Source: an uncultured virus (IMG/VR IMGVR_UViG_3300044970_001083)
Lineage: Duplodnaviria; Heunggongvirae; Uroviricota; Caudoviricetes
Length of the DNA stretch: 20,000 nucleotides
Direction: 5' to 3' (one strand)
Virus record (IMG/VR): IMGVR_UViG_3300044970_001083
Positions 1 through 9,400 of the stretch are shown here, in pieces. The first letter of the stretch is position 1. Each line of letters opens with the position of its first letter. The notes under the pieces were generated by a model, which saw only the letters and a list, made by a program, of their open reading frames with translations, searched no databases and was not told where the DNA came from. A program made the position numbers and the translations under genes.

Positions 1-321
1 GGATCCACTTTTTCTTGATCTTGACTGAGTAAAGGTAGAATTAAAAGAAATTCCAATATCATTTACAATATACTTAATTTCATATAGTCTTGCTGATGGG
101 CTTGCAATTCTATCCCACTCATAAATATGATGTAACGCCCCTGGACTCATTCTTGCATTAACATCAATATATTTTTTTAAACCGTCTATAGTTCCTTTTG
201 CTAAATTTGTCATAAATCTTGACTCACCCAATTTTGTTCCATCAATAAATCCTATTGAATAATCAACAACATTAAGCATAGTTTTTTCAAACTTTAAAGA
301 ATTTAATCTTGTTGTTATCAT
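1..321 (-). CDS. Partial (3'-truncated) hypothetical protein, probable neck/tail-completion protein
   Basis: Not in the ORF track. ATG at 321 overlaps the upstream TAA (TAATG) and the frame stays open to the window edge: MITTRLNSLKFEKTMLNVVDYSIGFIDG...ALHHIYEWDRIASPSARLY.... Function is inferred from position after the head-tail genes. Confidence 0.7.
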   Translation of the reverse strand, partial: MITTRLNSLKFEKTMLNVVDYSIGFIDGTKLGESRFMTNLAKGTIDGLKKYIDVNARMSPGALHHIYEWDRIASPSARLYEIKYIVNDIGISFNSTFTQSRSRKSGS

Positions 322-767
322 TAATCATCAACGCCTTGATTTTCTGCTCGTCTAACAAGTATTTTATAGTATTCAATATTTCCAAATGGACCAGTGAATG
401 GCTCAAGAGTTGCAATTTCAAATATTGTTCCACGATCTTCTCTAGCACCAGATGTTTCTTTATAAATAACTTCTCCAGAACAGTTACGAACATTAGTAAT
501 TAAAATATTTGTAATTGAATTATTTGTTCCATCTTTTCCTATACGAATATCATTTTTAACTCTGCCAAGAAGCATGTTTTCGTACTGTACAAATATTTTT
601 GGTTTTACCTCTTCTTCAAATGCTGAGCCTACTGGATTTAAACTAATTACGATAGTTCTGTCAAATCCCCAGTCTTTTTTTATTTGACCATAAACATCTT
701 GTTCAACAATGGGATGATATATATCTGCAATCATTGGGTACATAAAATCTATTTCGTTGCATGACAT
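321..767 (-). CDS. Putative head-closure/head-tail joining protein (148 aa)
   Basis: TAATG-coupled to the upstream adaptor gene. Size, position and the beta-rich pattern (VEQDVYGQIKKDW...) fit a stopper-type protein. Assignment rests mainly on synteny. Confidence 0.55.
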   Translation of the reverse strand: MSCNEIDFMYPMIADIYHPIVEQDVYGQIKKDWGFDRTIVISLNPVGSAFEEEVKPKIFVQYENMLLGRVKNDIRIGKDGTNNSITNILITNVRNCSGEVIYKETSGAREDRGTIFEIATLEPFTGPFGNIEYYKILVRRAENQGVDD

Positions 768-1681
768 TACAATACCCCAGGAACAATAATGTTACTCGCA
801 TATCTCTCAAGAATCTTATCAACAATAAGGTTTCCAGTACCAGCAAACAGGGTCTTATCAAACTGAATTCTAAATTGATCTGTATTATATGCAGAGGCAT
901 ACCTCTTAAAATAATCTAACTTTCCACACTTAATGTCATCCATTAACATTAATGTTGCTTCTTTTATATCTGTAGGAACAACCTTATATCCTGCTTCTAC
1001 CACAAACGTATAGTCTGAACCCTTAGAAAATGTATTGCCCCAGCCAATTGGACCAAGCCAGTCTGATTGTGCAGTAGGCAGCATAAGCGGTGCTTGATCT
1101 GCTCTATTGTAAGCACCTGTAATTTCTTGAATAATAGCAGTTTTGTTGTCACTTAATTTATAAGTAACTCCAAAAATTGCTGGCTCTGCCAAGGAAGAGT
1201 CATACCAAAGTTCGTTGTTTTGATATACCTTCAATACTTTACGTGCTCTATGTTTGATTGGAGCATAGTCTGTGTTAAGACCAGTATGCTCTATTGTTTC
1301 AGTTTTATAATAAAATCCACCAGTAATAGCATCAATAATTAATCTTGCTGTTAATTCTCTTTGAGTAATTTCCGCTATTTCTGTTGCTGTTGTGCCAAGG
1401 CTTGCTGGATCAACATACGGCCTTGTAATTTGAAGCATATCTTCTACAACAACATCTTCATCAACCTCTTGAATTCTTAACGCATAAACTTTATCGTATA
1501 AATGCCACTCATCTGTTTCAAACGCATAGTTTATTTTTTTGCCTGTTGTTGATGTTATTCTTTCTTCTAAAATAACTACATCTCTATCTTCGTCTTCAAT
1601 AATCAAATCATATGCTGTAGATGCTGCTGGTACATCATAGGAAATGCTTAACGGGTAAGGGGGAAGACGAAGTATTTTCAT
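767..1681 (-). CDS. Putative head-tail adaptor/connector protein (304 aa)
   Basis: Lies downstream of the capsid gene. Motifs ARLIIDAITG...F and AGY..VPTDIKEATLML...ILERY resemble HK97 gp6/SPP1 gp15-like adaptors. Has an N-terminal extension. Confidence 0.7.
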   Translation of the reverse strand: MKILRLPPYPLSISYDVPAASTAYDLIIEDEDRDVVILEERITSTTGKKINYAFETDEWHLYDKVYALRIQEVDEDVVVEDMLQITRPYVDPASLGTTATEIAEITQRELTARLIIDAITGGFYYKTETIEHTGLNTDYAPIKHRARKVLKVYQNNELWYDSSLAEPAIFGVTYKLSDNKTAIIQEITGAYNRADQAPLMLPTAQSDWLGPIGWGNTFSKGSDYTFVVEAGYKVVPTDIKEATLMLMDDIKCGKLDYFKRYASAYNTDQFRIQFDKTLFAGTGNLIVDKILERYASNIIVPGVL

Positions 1682-1893
1682 TTATTTTTGCCGTAATATT
1701 TTGCTAATTCAACGGCGCTAACCTCTCGTACAGACTTAGATTGTAAAAATACCTCTAAATTTCCTTTATCAATAATAGAAAATCCTTGATCAACATGTCC
1801 ATATCCTTCAAAATATAAATTCTTTTCAGAATAAATGACTGTTTGATCATTAACATCAGCCTTTGATGTTACCTTTTTGTTTGTAGTTGCCAT
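1678..1893 (-). CDS. Small hypothetical protein (71 aa), head-associated position
   Basis: AAGGAG SD upstream, its own extended -10 promoter, and an ATGA overlap with the adaptor gene. Confidence 0.75.
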   Translation of the reverse strand: MATTNKKVTSKADVNDQTVIYSEKNLYFEGYGHVDQGFSIIDKGNLEVFLQSKSVREVSAVELAKYYGKNK

Positions 1894-1919
1894 GTGTTAC
1901 GCTCCTTAATAGTACCTTA

Positions 1920-1928
1920 ATTATAGCA
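1920..1928 (-). promoter_or_regulatory. Extended -10 promoter TGCTATAAT
   Basis: Exact TGnTATAAT immediately after the capsid terminator and upstream of the 71-aa gene. Confidence 0.75.
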
Positions 1929-1935
1929 GATTGTT

Positions 1936-1965
1936 AAAAAGGGCAGAGGACGAATCCCCTGCCCT
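1936..1965 (-). terminator. Rho-independent terminator after the major capsid gene
   Basis: Minus strand reads AGGGCAGGGGA-TTCG-TCCTCTGCCCT-TTTT: an 11-bp stem with one G-U pair, a UUCG loop and a U-tract. Confidence 0.9.
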
Positions 1966-1983
1966 AATTAATTTTTTTAGTGA

Positions 1984-3105
1984 TTAGGAAGCAGCAATGT
2001 CCTTATAGGCAATTGCATCTTCTTCTTCAATCTGGATACCGAAACGGACAAACACTGTGTATTCGATAGTATCTTTCTTTGGTTGATACTGACGGTTTAC
2101 AGTGATATCGCGTTGGAAGCCCCAGATACGGTTTGCTGGGAATGTCAAATCGACATAATCTGCTGGATAGTAAGGAACTTCCATTACGTCAATGCCGAGT
2201 ACACGAGTGGTACGAGCATTGCCAATAACCTGTCCTTGACCATCAAGATACGCTTGACGATTTGCTTGTGTGCTACCTGTACGGCTTGAAAAAGCCTCAG
2301 AAATAGCATCAGCAAGTGTACCGTTGTTGCGAACAATGCTCTGGAACACATCTGTACCTGCATAAAACTTAAGATTATTCTTAAGTGCACGATACTTACG
2401 TGGCATTGCATTGATAATACCCTGCATAACTGGAGTTGTCCAGTTATCGGATGTAACTGCTGGAAGCACAGAATCGTGTGCATCTCCATTAGTTGTAATT
2501 AAGTGGTGGAAACCTTCCATGATTGACAAGAAGTTTCCTGTTGAACCATCTCCGTTGATAGCCAAATCTTCGATATCATTACCGAATGCATTGGTCATCA
2601 AACGAACAAGATGATCTTCAAGTGCTGCACCTTCAACGTTATCTTCAAGTGCTTCTGTAGTAACTTCCCAATCAAGACGAATCTTCTTGGTTGTTAATTC
2701 TACCTTAGTAAATGTTGCACCTGTGTTAGCAAAAGCACCATCTCCTTGAGCAGCAGCGCGAAGAACACGCTCACCAACGTTAACTTTTTCAAGTTCCATT
2801 GTGTTGGCTCGCATAGTAACTCTACGGCCATCCTTAGCGAGAACTGTAGCATCCCAGACATAATCAATAAATTGACGTGCCTGTTCTGGTCTCAGAATTC
2901 CACTAGCAGCAGATCCCGAAGGATTTACAGCGTTTGCACCAGTTGTTACACCGAATTGTGCGGTTGGGATGTTACCCAAGGTGCTTGCACCTGGAGTAGA
3001 AACACCACCGATTCCACCAGAAGCAAAGCCACCATCCGCGTTATATAAACCCGAGTCTGATGCGCCTGCGCTACCTGGTTGATTCTTAATAATTTCTTCT
3101 GACAT
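1984..3105 (-). CDS. Major capsid protein (HK97 fold)
   Basis: Follows the protease gene. Motifs GILRPEQARQFID, TTEALEDNVEG, DIEDLAINGDG, MPRKYR. Start placed at ATG 3105 because AGGAGGTGA lies at 3111-3119. Followed by a terminator. Confidence 0.92.
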   Translation of the reverse strand: MSEEIIKNQPGSAGASDSGLYNADGGFASGGIGGVSTPGASTLGNIPTAQFGVTTGANAVNPSGSAASGILRPEQARQFIDYVWDATVLAKDGRRVTMRANTMELEKVNVGERVLRAAAQGDGAFANTGATFTKVELTTKKIRLDWEVTTEALEDNVEGAALEDHLVRLMTNAFGNDIEDLAINGDGSTGNFLSIMEGFHHLITTNGDAHDSVLPAVTSDNWTTPVMQGIINAMPRKYRALKNNLKFYAGTDVFQSIVRNNGTLADAISEAFSSRTGSTQANRQAYLDGQGQVIGNARTTRVLGIDVMEVPYYPADYVDLTFPANRIWGFQRDITVNRQYQPKKDTIEYTVFVRFGIQIEEEDAIAYKDIAAS

Positions 3106-3130
3106 ATTGTTCACCTCCTAGTGAATTTCC

Positions 3131-3661
3131 TTACTTAAATAGGTCGGTTGCGAGGAAACGACCGCCCCATAAGGATTTCTGAACCATTTCTGGTTCCTGT
3201 ACGATTTCGCCTAGATCGCCAGATTTGCGGAAAGCAGTGTCTTGCTCTACAGCATCGACTCTCTTTCCAAACTCAGCATTACTTTCTTTGACGTTCTTAA
3301 CCTCTTTAGATACGTCTGTAATGGACTTGCTTAATTCAGCAACTTGAGTCTGGACCATCTTCATGGTCTCTTCATTCAAGGACTTAATAGTTGCTGCTAG
3401 ATCGCCAAAGGCACTCGCAAGAGTTTCTTTAATTTCGGCAACTGCATTGACTACCACCTCGTCAGATTTTACAATCTCTTCAGTTGCTTTTGCAACTTCA
3501 TCTGACTTAGCAAGTTCAGTCTCAACAACTGCTTCGGCTGCCTCAGTTGTTTCAGCAACAATTGCTTCTTCAACTTCAACACTCTTGGTAACAGTTTCAA
3601 CATCTGTTGCCTTTGGAGCGACCTCAACATCTTCAACAACTTCTGTTGTTTCATTTGTCAT
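3131..3661 (-). CDS. Nested in-frame scaffolding protein (176 aa, MTNETTEVVED...)
   Basis: Perfect SD AAGGAGGT (3669-3676) sits 7 nt before the internal ATG at 3661, exactly where the acidic region begins. Confidence 0.75.
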   Translation of the reverse strand: MTNETTEVVEDVEVAPKATDVETVTKSVEVEEAIVAETTEAAEAVVETELAKSDEVAKATEEIVKSDEVVVNAVAEIKETLASAFGDLAATIKSLNEETMKMVQTQVAELSKSITDVSKEVKNVKESNAEFGKRVDAVEQDTAFRKSGDLGEIVQEPEMVQKSLWGGRFLATDLFK

Positions 3662-4423
3662 AGGACTTACCTCCTTTTGAATCTCAGTTGGACTAATACC
3701 TTTGGCACTATCAACTAAGAACTTTATCATGTTTGTTTTTTCATCATCATTTTTCTCAACAAAACCTATATTTTTCATTGCTTGTCCAGAAGTGGGGCTA
3801 ACTTCTGTTTCATTTTCTGAAACCATAACAAGGCCAGACTCTTTGTCCCAAAATACGTTTTCTACAACAATATCTGCTGCAGAACCCTTAAAAACATTTA
3901 TCCCATCTACTTTTTCAATAGAAATAATGCTTGCAAATTGATTTGCTGGGTTATCAACAAGTGAAAGTTCTATAAGATCATAGTCTTTAATAATTCTAAT
4001 TGGCTTATCCATTTTCTCATCATAGCCATCATCCCACTTATTCATTCTTCCGCCAATTGAAAAACCTGTATATGTTCCATCCAATACTTTCTCCCACGCA
4101 TTTTGTGCGCCTTTTGATACATATGCAGAAACAAAAACACCAGAATAAAACTTCTTTGACTCTGGATCAAAATATTTATCTTCTTTAAATGCCACCATTT
4201 TGCCTACTGCAGATGGCTGATGCATTTCACGGATGTTCCCTCTAAACTGAGAAAAAGCCTTTAAACTAGCGTCATTTGTTACAATATCGTTTTGTACATC
4301 AAGATTGTCAAGTGTTGCAAAACCTGATACAATTCTACGTTCCTTATCAACTTTAGCAAAAGGCATTGACAACCTTACGTTGTCTCCTTGTGTTGACCAG
4401 TGGGCTTTATTTATGATACTCAT
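3131..4423 (-). CDS. Prohead protease (HK97-type) fused to an acidic coiled-coil scaffold region
   Basis: N-half has IVSGFAT, IREMH, YTGFSIGG and ELSLVDNPAN. C-half is E/A/V/T-rich and helical. Lies between portal and capsid. Confidence 0.9.
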   Translation of the reverse strand: MSIINKAHWSTQGDNVRLSMPFAKVDKERRIVSGFATLDNLDVQNDIVTNDASLKAFSQFRGNIREMHQPSAVGKMVAFKEDKYFDPESKKFYSGVFVSAYVSKGAQNAWEKVLDGTYTGFSIGGRMNKWDDGYDEKMDKPIRIIKDYDLIELSLVDNPANQFASIISIEKVDGINVFKGSAADIVVENVFWDKESGLVMVSENETEVSPTSGQAMKNIGFVEKNDDEKTNMIKFLVDSAKGISPTEIQKEVSPMTNETTEVVEDVEVAPKATDVETVTKSVEVEEAIVAETTEAAEAVVETELAKSDEVAKATEEIVKSDEVVVNAVAEIKETLASAFGDLAATIKSLNEETMKMVQTQVAELSKSITDVSKEVKNVKESNAEFGKRVDAVEQDTAFRKSGDLGEIVQEPEMVQKSLWGGRFLATDLFK

Positions 4424-4432
4424 ATCACATCC

Positions 4433-4441
4433 ATTATATCA
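4433..4441 (-). promoter_or_regulatory. Extended -10 promoter TGATATAAT (near-leaderless protease mRNA)
   Basis: 9 nt upstream of ATG 4423, with no strong SD. Confidence 0.7.
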
Positions 4442-4464
4442 ACTATTTTATCAGTTTGTTGATA

Positions 4465-6066
4465 TTATGTGGAAGACCTTCCCTCTCCTTGTGGATTACG
4501 TCCAGAAATTGTGGATGGAGAGTCTGAATTGTTATTTGTTCTTTGAGAGTCTCTTTCTCTATTTCCAGAAAGATTTGCTCTAGCATCTGTTGCTTGTCTT
4601 GCAGACATCTCAAATGGTGCATCTCCATCTGGTCTTTGTGGCAAGCCAATAGCCTCTCTAGCCTCGTTTGGCATCATAACCTGAGTCTTAACATATCTTT
4701 CTAGAATCTGAGATTGTGCAATTTCATCAGTTAATGTAAGTTCATTAAACTTAAGTTCAAGAATATCTGTTTTTTCACGAACAACTTTGTTAATAAGTTT
4801 TTCTAATTCTTGTTGTGCTGGTCTAGCAACCTGCTCTTTGAATGTTCTATCTTGTGATAAAGCAGCAGCAATTGATCCACTATCTGATCCACCCAGTTTA
4901 GAAATGGGCACTTGATGAGCAATCAAAATGTCATCACGATTTCTAATTCTATATTCATTAAATGAAGCCTCTTGAATTCCATTTTCAATTGGATCCATTT
5001 TAAACTCAACTTTATTATTTTCACTATCTCCAGGAAGTGGGATATAAAGCGTTCTATGTGATTGTGATTTTAATCCAGTTTGTAAGAACCTAAACATCTT
5101 ATCTTCTGCGTCTGCGCTTAATTTTGCACCCTTAAGAGTAATTATGTATCTAGGAACTGCCTTATTTTCAAAATAATCAATGTTATATTGTGTTGCTAGT
5201 TGATCTCCAACAAGTGCTGGCAATGCAGCAATAATATCTGGTACACCATAATATGTGTTTAATGGTGAGTATTGTTTAAAGTGAATAATTTCATTTGGTC
5301 TACGATCTGTTGTAATTGGGTTTGGATTCTTTGCCCCAAAATTTCTAAAGTAAATTACAGATGGACCAATAATTTGAACATAACCATCTCTTAGTCTGCG
5401 AACACGAATAGTTGTGGCTGGAATGTGTCCAATATACCCAATCTCTCCAGCAACAGTACGACCAATTTCTAGATATGCATTGCCAGTTGCTTGCATATCT
5501 ACATAGATTTTTTCCATTGTTTTCGTAAAACTATCATCATCATTAAGGCCCTCTAGCCAATCTTTCATTTCAATCTTTGCACGTTCAATACGCTTTCTTG
5601 CTCTACCCAAGGATGTCTCATCTTCAACATTTTCAAGTTTAAGCATTGTACGTGAACCAACGACAAAGTCATATCCAAGACCAACAACATTTTCTACTTT
5701 TGCATCAATCGCTGCATGATTTGCAAAAGAAGTGTCATAATAATTTGCTAATTCATAAAGATTATATGGTGGTGTAATAACATCAAATAATCCGTAGCCA
5801 TTTCTAATTACTGCACCAGGATTAATAGCCTTTGATCGTGCATCTTCAACACCTGCTGGACTTGAGTTTGCACTATTAAGATATGCAGTTGCTGCTGTAT
5901 CTGCCTTGCCTAAATTTCTTGATGTGCGTCTTTTAAAGTTTTGATCTAAATTTGCTAAACCCTTTAAATCATCCCAAGACTTTCCAAAAATATCGTTTTT
6001 CTTAAAGGTGTCATCTTTTTCTACTGGATCGCTAATTGAAGCGCCAATAATGTAATCTTCATTCAT
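4465..6066 (-). CDS. Portal protein (533 aa)
   Basis: Motifs TGNAYLEI, HIPATTIRV, EIIHFKQYSPLNTYYGVP, YFENKAVP, AHQVP and PNEAREAIGLP are typical of HK97/PBSX-type portals. Lies upstream of the protease. Confidence 0.93.
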   Translation of the reverse strand: MNEDYIIGASISDPVEKDDTFKKNDIFGKSWDDLKGLANLDQNFKRRTSRNLGKADTAATAYLNSANSSPAGVEDARSKAINPGAVIRNGYGLFDVITPPYNLYELANYYDTSFANHAAIDAKVENVVGLGYDFVVGSRTMLKLENVEDETSLGRARKRIERAKIEMKDWLEGLNDDDSFTKTMEKIYVDMQATGNAYLEIGRTVAGEIGYIGHIPATTIRVRRLRDGYVQIIGPSVIYFRNFGAKNPNPITTDRRPNEIIHFKQYSPLNTYYGVPDIIAALPALVGDQLATQYNIDYFENKAVPRYIITLKGAKLSADAEDKMFRFLQTGLKSQSHRTLYIPLPGDSENNKVEFKMDPIENGIQEASFNEYRIRNRDDILIAHQVPISKLGGSDSGSIAAALSQDRTFKEQVARPAQQELEKLINKVVREKTDILELKFNELTLTDEIAQSQILERYVKTQVMMPNEAREAIGLPQRPDGDAPFEMSARQATDARANLSGNRERDSQRTNNNSDSPSTISGRNPQGEGRSST

Positions 6067-6431
6067 TATTCTTCACCATGTTCCTTTAATGTTTGCTGTG
6101 CATCATAAACTGCACCAAGATCGTTCATGTTTGGAATAAGACCTTCACGCATTCTTGATAGTTGCTCTGTATATTCCATCTCACTTACTCTTTTAATTCC
6201 TGCATGAAATTCTGCATGACCACCTTCACAGCCATAATATTCCGCTGATCTTCTTAACTCAGCCATTTTTTGTATATCGCCACGCATTGATGGTATGTTA
6301 AGAAGGTTTCCATGACCATCTCCAAACGCCTTTCCATTAGGCTTCATCCAAATATAAATACCCCAGTCGTAACCTTTTTCAATTACTTTGAGTTTAGTTT
6401 TACCAACTTTTTCTGGTTTTGAATTATTCAT
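6066..6431 (-). CDS. Hypothetical protein (about 121 aa) translationally coupled to portal
   Basis: TAATG overlap with the portal start. ATG 6431 is preferred over GTG 6437 because it lies 7 nt after a -10 box (leaderless geometry). Confidence 0.75.
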   Translation of the reverse strand: MNNSKPEKVGKTKLKVIEKGYDWGIYIWMKPNGKAFGDGHGNLLNIPSMRGDIQKMAELRRSAEYYGCEGGHAEFHAGIKRVSEMEYTEQLSRMREGLIPNMNDLGAVYDAQQTLKEHGEE

Positions 6432-6438
6432 AACCACA

Positions 6439-6447
6439 AGTATACCA
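6439..6447 (-). promoter_or_regulatory. Extended -10 promoter TGGTATACT (leaderless)
   Basis: Fills the short gap between two genes, 7 nt from ATG 6431. Confidence 0.65.
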
Positions 6448-6449
6448 TA

Positions 6450-9400
6450 TTATGCTGGGGTGACAATATATTCTTGCCAGGATGTGTCCTGATATGCAGC
6501 AACGCTATTTGATACTATTCTAAAATCATTATTAAAATCATCTACGACAGTTGTTCTATTTCCAATATATGTCTTATAGACTTCTGATGGATTAACAATA
6601 TATCTAGAATCTCTAGACCTAATTAACATATTGTTCCAGTCTCCTTCATTTTCCCACCCCTGCCAACTAGCCTCTTCATCTTCAACTTCCTGCCAAGTTC
6701 TTAAAACAAGGCGTTGTACTACCTGCAAGGCTGTTCCTTGATAAAAAGAAATATTGTTAAACATCATCAAATATTTCAAAACAATACTTCCAGAATAATT
6801 ATCAAAATTTAAAGATGAGTTAAATGATATACCAAAAGAATACCATTGCTGAATATCAATAACTGGTTGACCAACTAATTTACCATTTAAATAATATGAC
6901 AAATCTGTAAAAATAGTACCAGATGACCTTAACTTGCTAAATATAACTCCTCGCTTTCCAGTTGATGAGTTTGACTGGATGTAGAAATCTAAAGAATCTC
7001 CTTTATAATTAACTTCAAATATCTTAACTGGATTTTCTGGAAATGCATAAAGGTCACATCTTGTAAACATTTGTATAGCACTTAAAGAATATTTATCTAT
7101 AAGTGTTGATGAAACTGGTATTGAAACTCCTCTTTCAATATCATTGATACCATTTCGTAATTCTAGACCACTCTTTCTTGTTAAATATAAATATGGAGTA
7201 TTGTCTTTATCAATAATTAATGGATTTTTTCCTTTATGGCCAGTATAAAATCCAACTTTTTTAAATGGATAAAGATCTATTCCATATTTTGTTCCAATTG
7301 GTGTACTAGATGTATAGTTTAGCGTTCTTGCAGCAAACTCTAGTTTTCTCAAAAAAACTTTTTTCTTTAAAATACTTTTTACTTTAAAGTTAACAAAATA
7401 TATTAATGACATATTTTCTAAATTAACATTTTTATCTGGATATATTAAATAGCCATCCACTAACTCAAACTTTTTATCTGTCCATGATGTTGTATTTAAA
7501 TCTAAAACTCTTGACTGGTTTGCAGAAACATCTGTATAATCTTCATCTGGTTTTGAATATCCATTCGATGTATAGTCAAATGCTATGTAAGATCTGACAG
7601 ATGCGTCTGATGTAGAATATGTATTTGATACAGAAGAATTAGTCCAATAGTTTTGTCCTGCTGCTGGGATATCTGATGGAGACGGATAATCAATGTTAAA
7701 CTGAACATAATCTAAATCACTAACTATATTATTTTCTGAGTTTGCTACTTGAGACATTAATGAGGATACTGGCAGATAATCTCTCCAGTATCCCGCCACT
7801 GAAATATCTAAAAAGAATTTACCGTATTCTTTAAATGGAGAGAGTGTATAACTTGCAATATGTGGTAGCAAAGAAGAATAGGCATTTATTGTTGCAGTAC
7901 CATTAGAAGCAAAATGATGATCTATTTCTAAAGAATTTTTAATAGTTGATATTCCAAAAGTATAAATTCTACCAGTAAACTTGTTATCATCAAAATCATT
8001 GCCAACATACATTTTTAAAGATAATGAATTAGATAAAAATTGAGATAACCCTAATATATTATTGCTTAAAAGTTTACTAAACTCAAAACCAGCAACAAAC
8101 TCGTGTAATGGAATTACACCAGATGCAATTGTAGAAATTGTTCCATTATAACAAAAGACATAGTTAATACTTCCATTACTTGCAAGTCTTCTAACTTTTA
8201 AATAATTGTTGTTATCTTGAAATAAACAAATCAAAGTTTGATCTGTTGAAGAACTTGTAAACTCAAAAATACCATATATAGCATTAATTGGTGATTGAAT
8301 AAAACTTAAATCATTAAAATAAATAGAAGAATTTACTGTATTCCATGTTGAGTTAGGATTAAGAGAGAAAAATGCTTCGCCATCATCTTGTATTGCAAAA
8401 CTATCTTCTTCTAACTCTGATAAAGTTTTTGTTCCTAAATTAAATGTTGGCAAACTATATTCTGGAGTTTTTAATGATGTATCTGTTGCATTTAAATTAT
8501 CGATGTCTGCTTGTTGCCACGATAGATTTAATGGGTATGTTTTATTATTATTATACTTAGAAACAGAGTAATCAATTTCTACTGATGTACCTCCATAATA
8601 ACTATCAATAACTTCAGAAGACAATGGAATGCCTTGTCCATAAACATAATGCGATTTAGCAACTAGTGTTGACATAGAATATGGAAAGATAGAAAATGAT
8701 CCCAAAATAATTGGATCTACAACATTATCTTTATATGCATAAAATCCAATCCAGTCATTGCTTTTATCATTTAATGTAAATTCTTCTGGCAAAGTTAAAT
8801 CTTTTGTAGTAAAAGATAATTGTCCAACTTCTTCTCCATTTACCAATAAAGTAGCAGAATCTTTAATAAGTCTAATATGAACTAGCATTGGCCTAAACCA
8901 TTCGCCAACGTAATGAGAAACAAAATTATTTCCAACTACTAGAGTTAAAAATGCATTTTCTACATATAAACCATCTGTAGAAGTAATTGGACCAAATATT
9001 CTTTTTGGTGTGGTTGCATTAGAATCTATATTAAGCCAACATTCTACTGTGTAATCTTGATTTCTACCCGCCTCGTTTAAAAATCCACAACCTGGAAAAA
9101 TAATTGATGGTTTTGCACTAATAATAAATTCACTTTGATCAAGATCTCTTAAACTTTGCCATGTTTCGTTTTCTTCCCAATATGCCCAATCCTCTTCTGC
9201 AGTTTGATCCCATGACTGGGTAGTAAGCAATTCTTCATGTGGTATCAATTCTATAGAACCACTAGATCCAAAAACAAGTGGAATTGATCCATCCCTAGCA
9301 ACAAGATTATTATTTGCTACAACATAGTATCCATTGCGATCTGAAAGACCATATGCATCTGCAACTACTACACCATCTAAATTTAAATTTATAGAAGATG

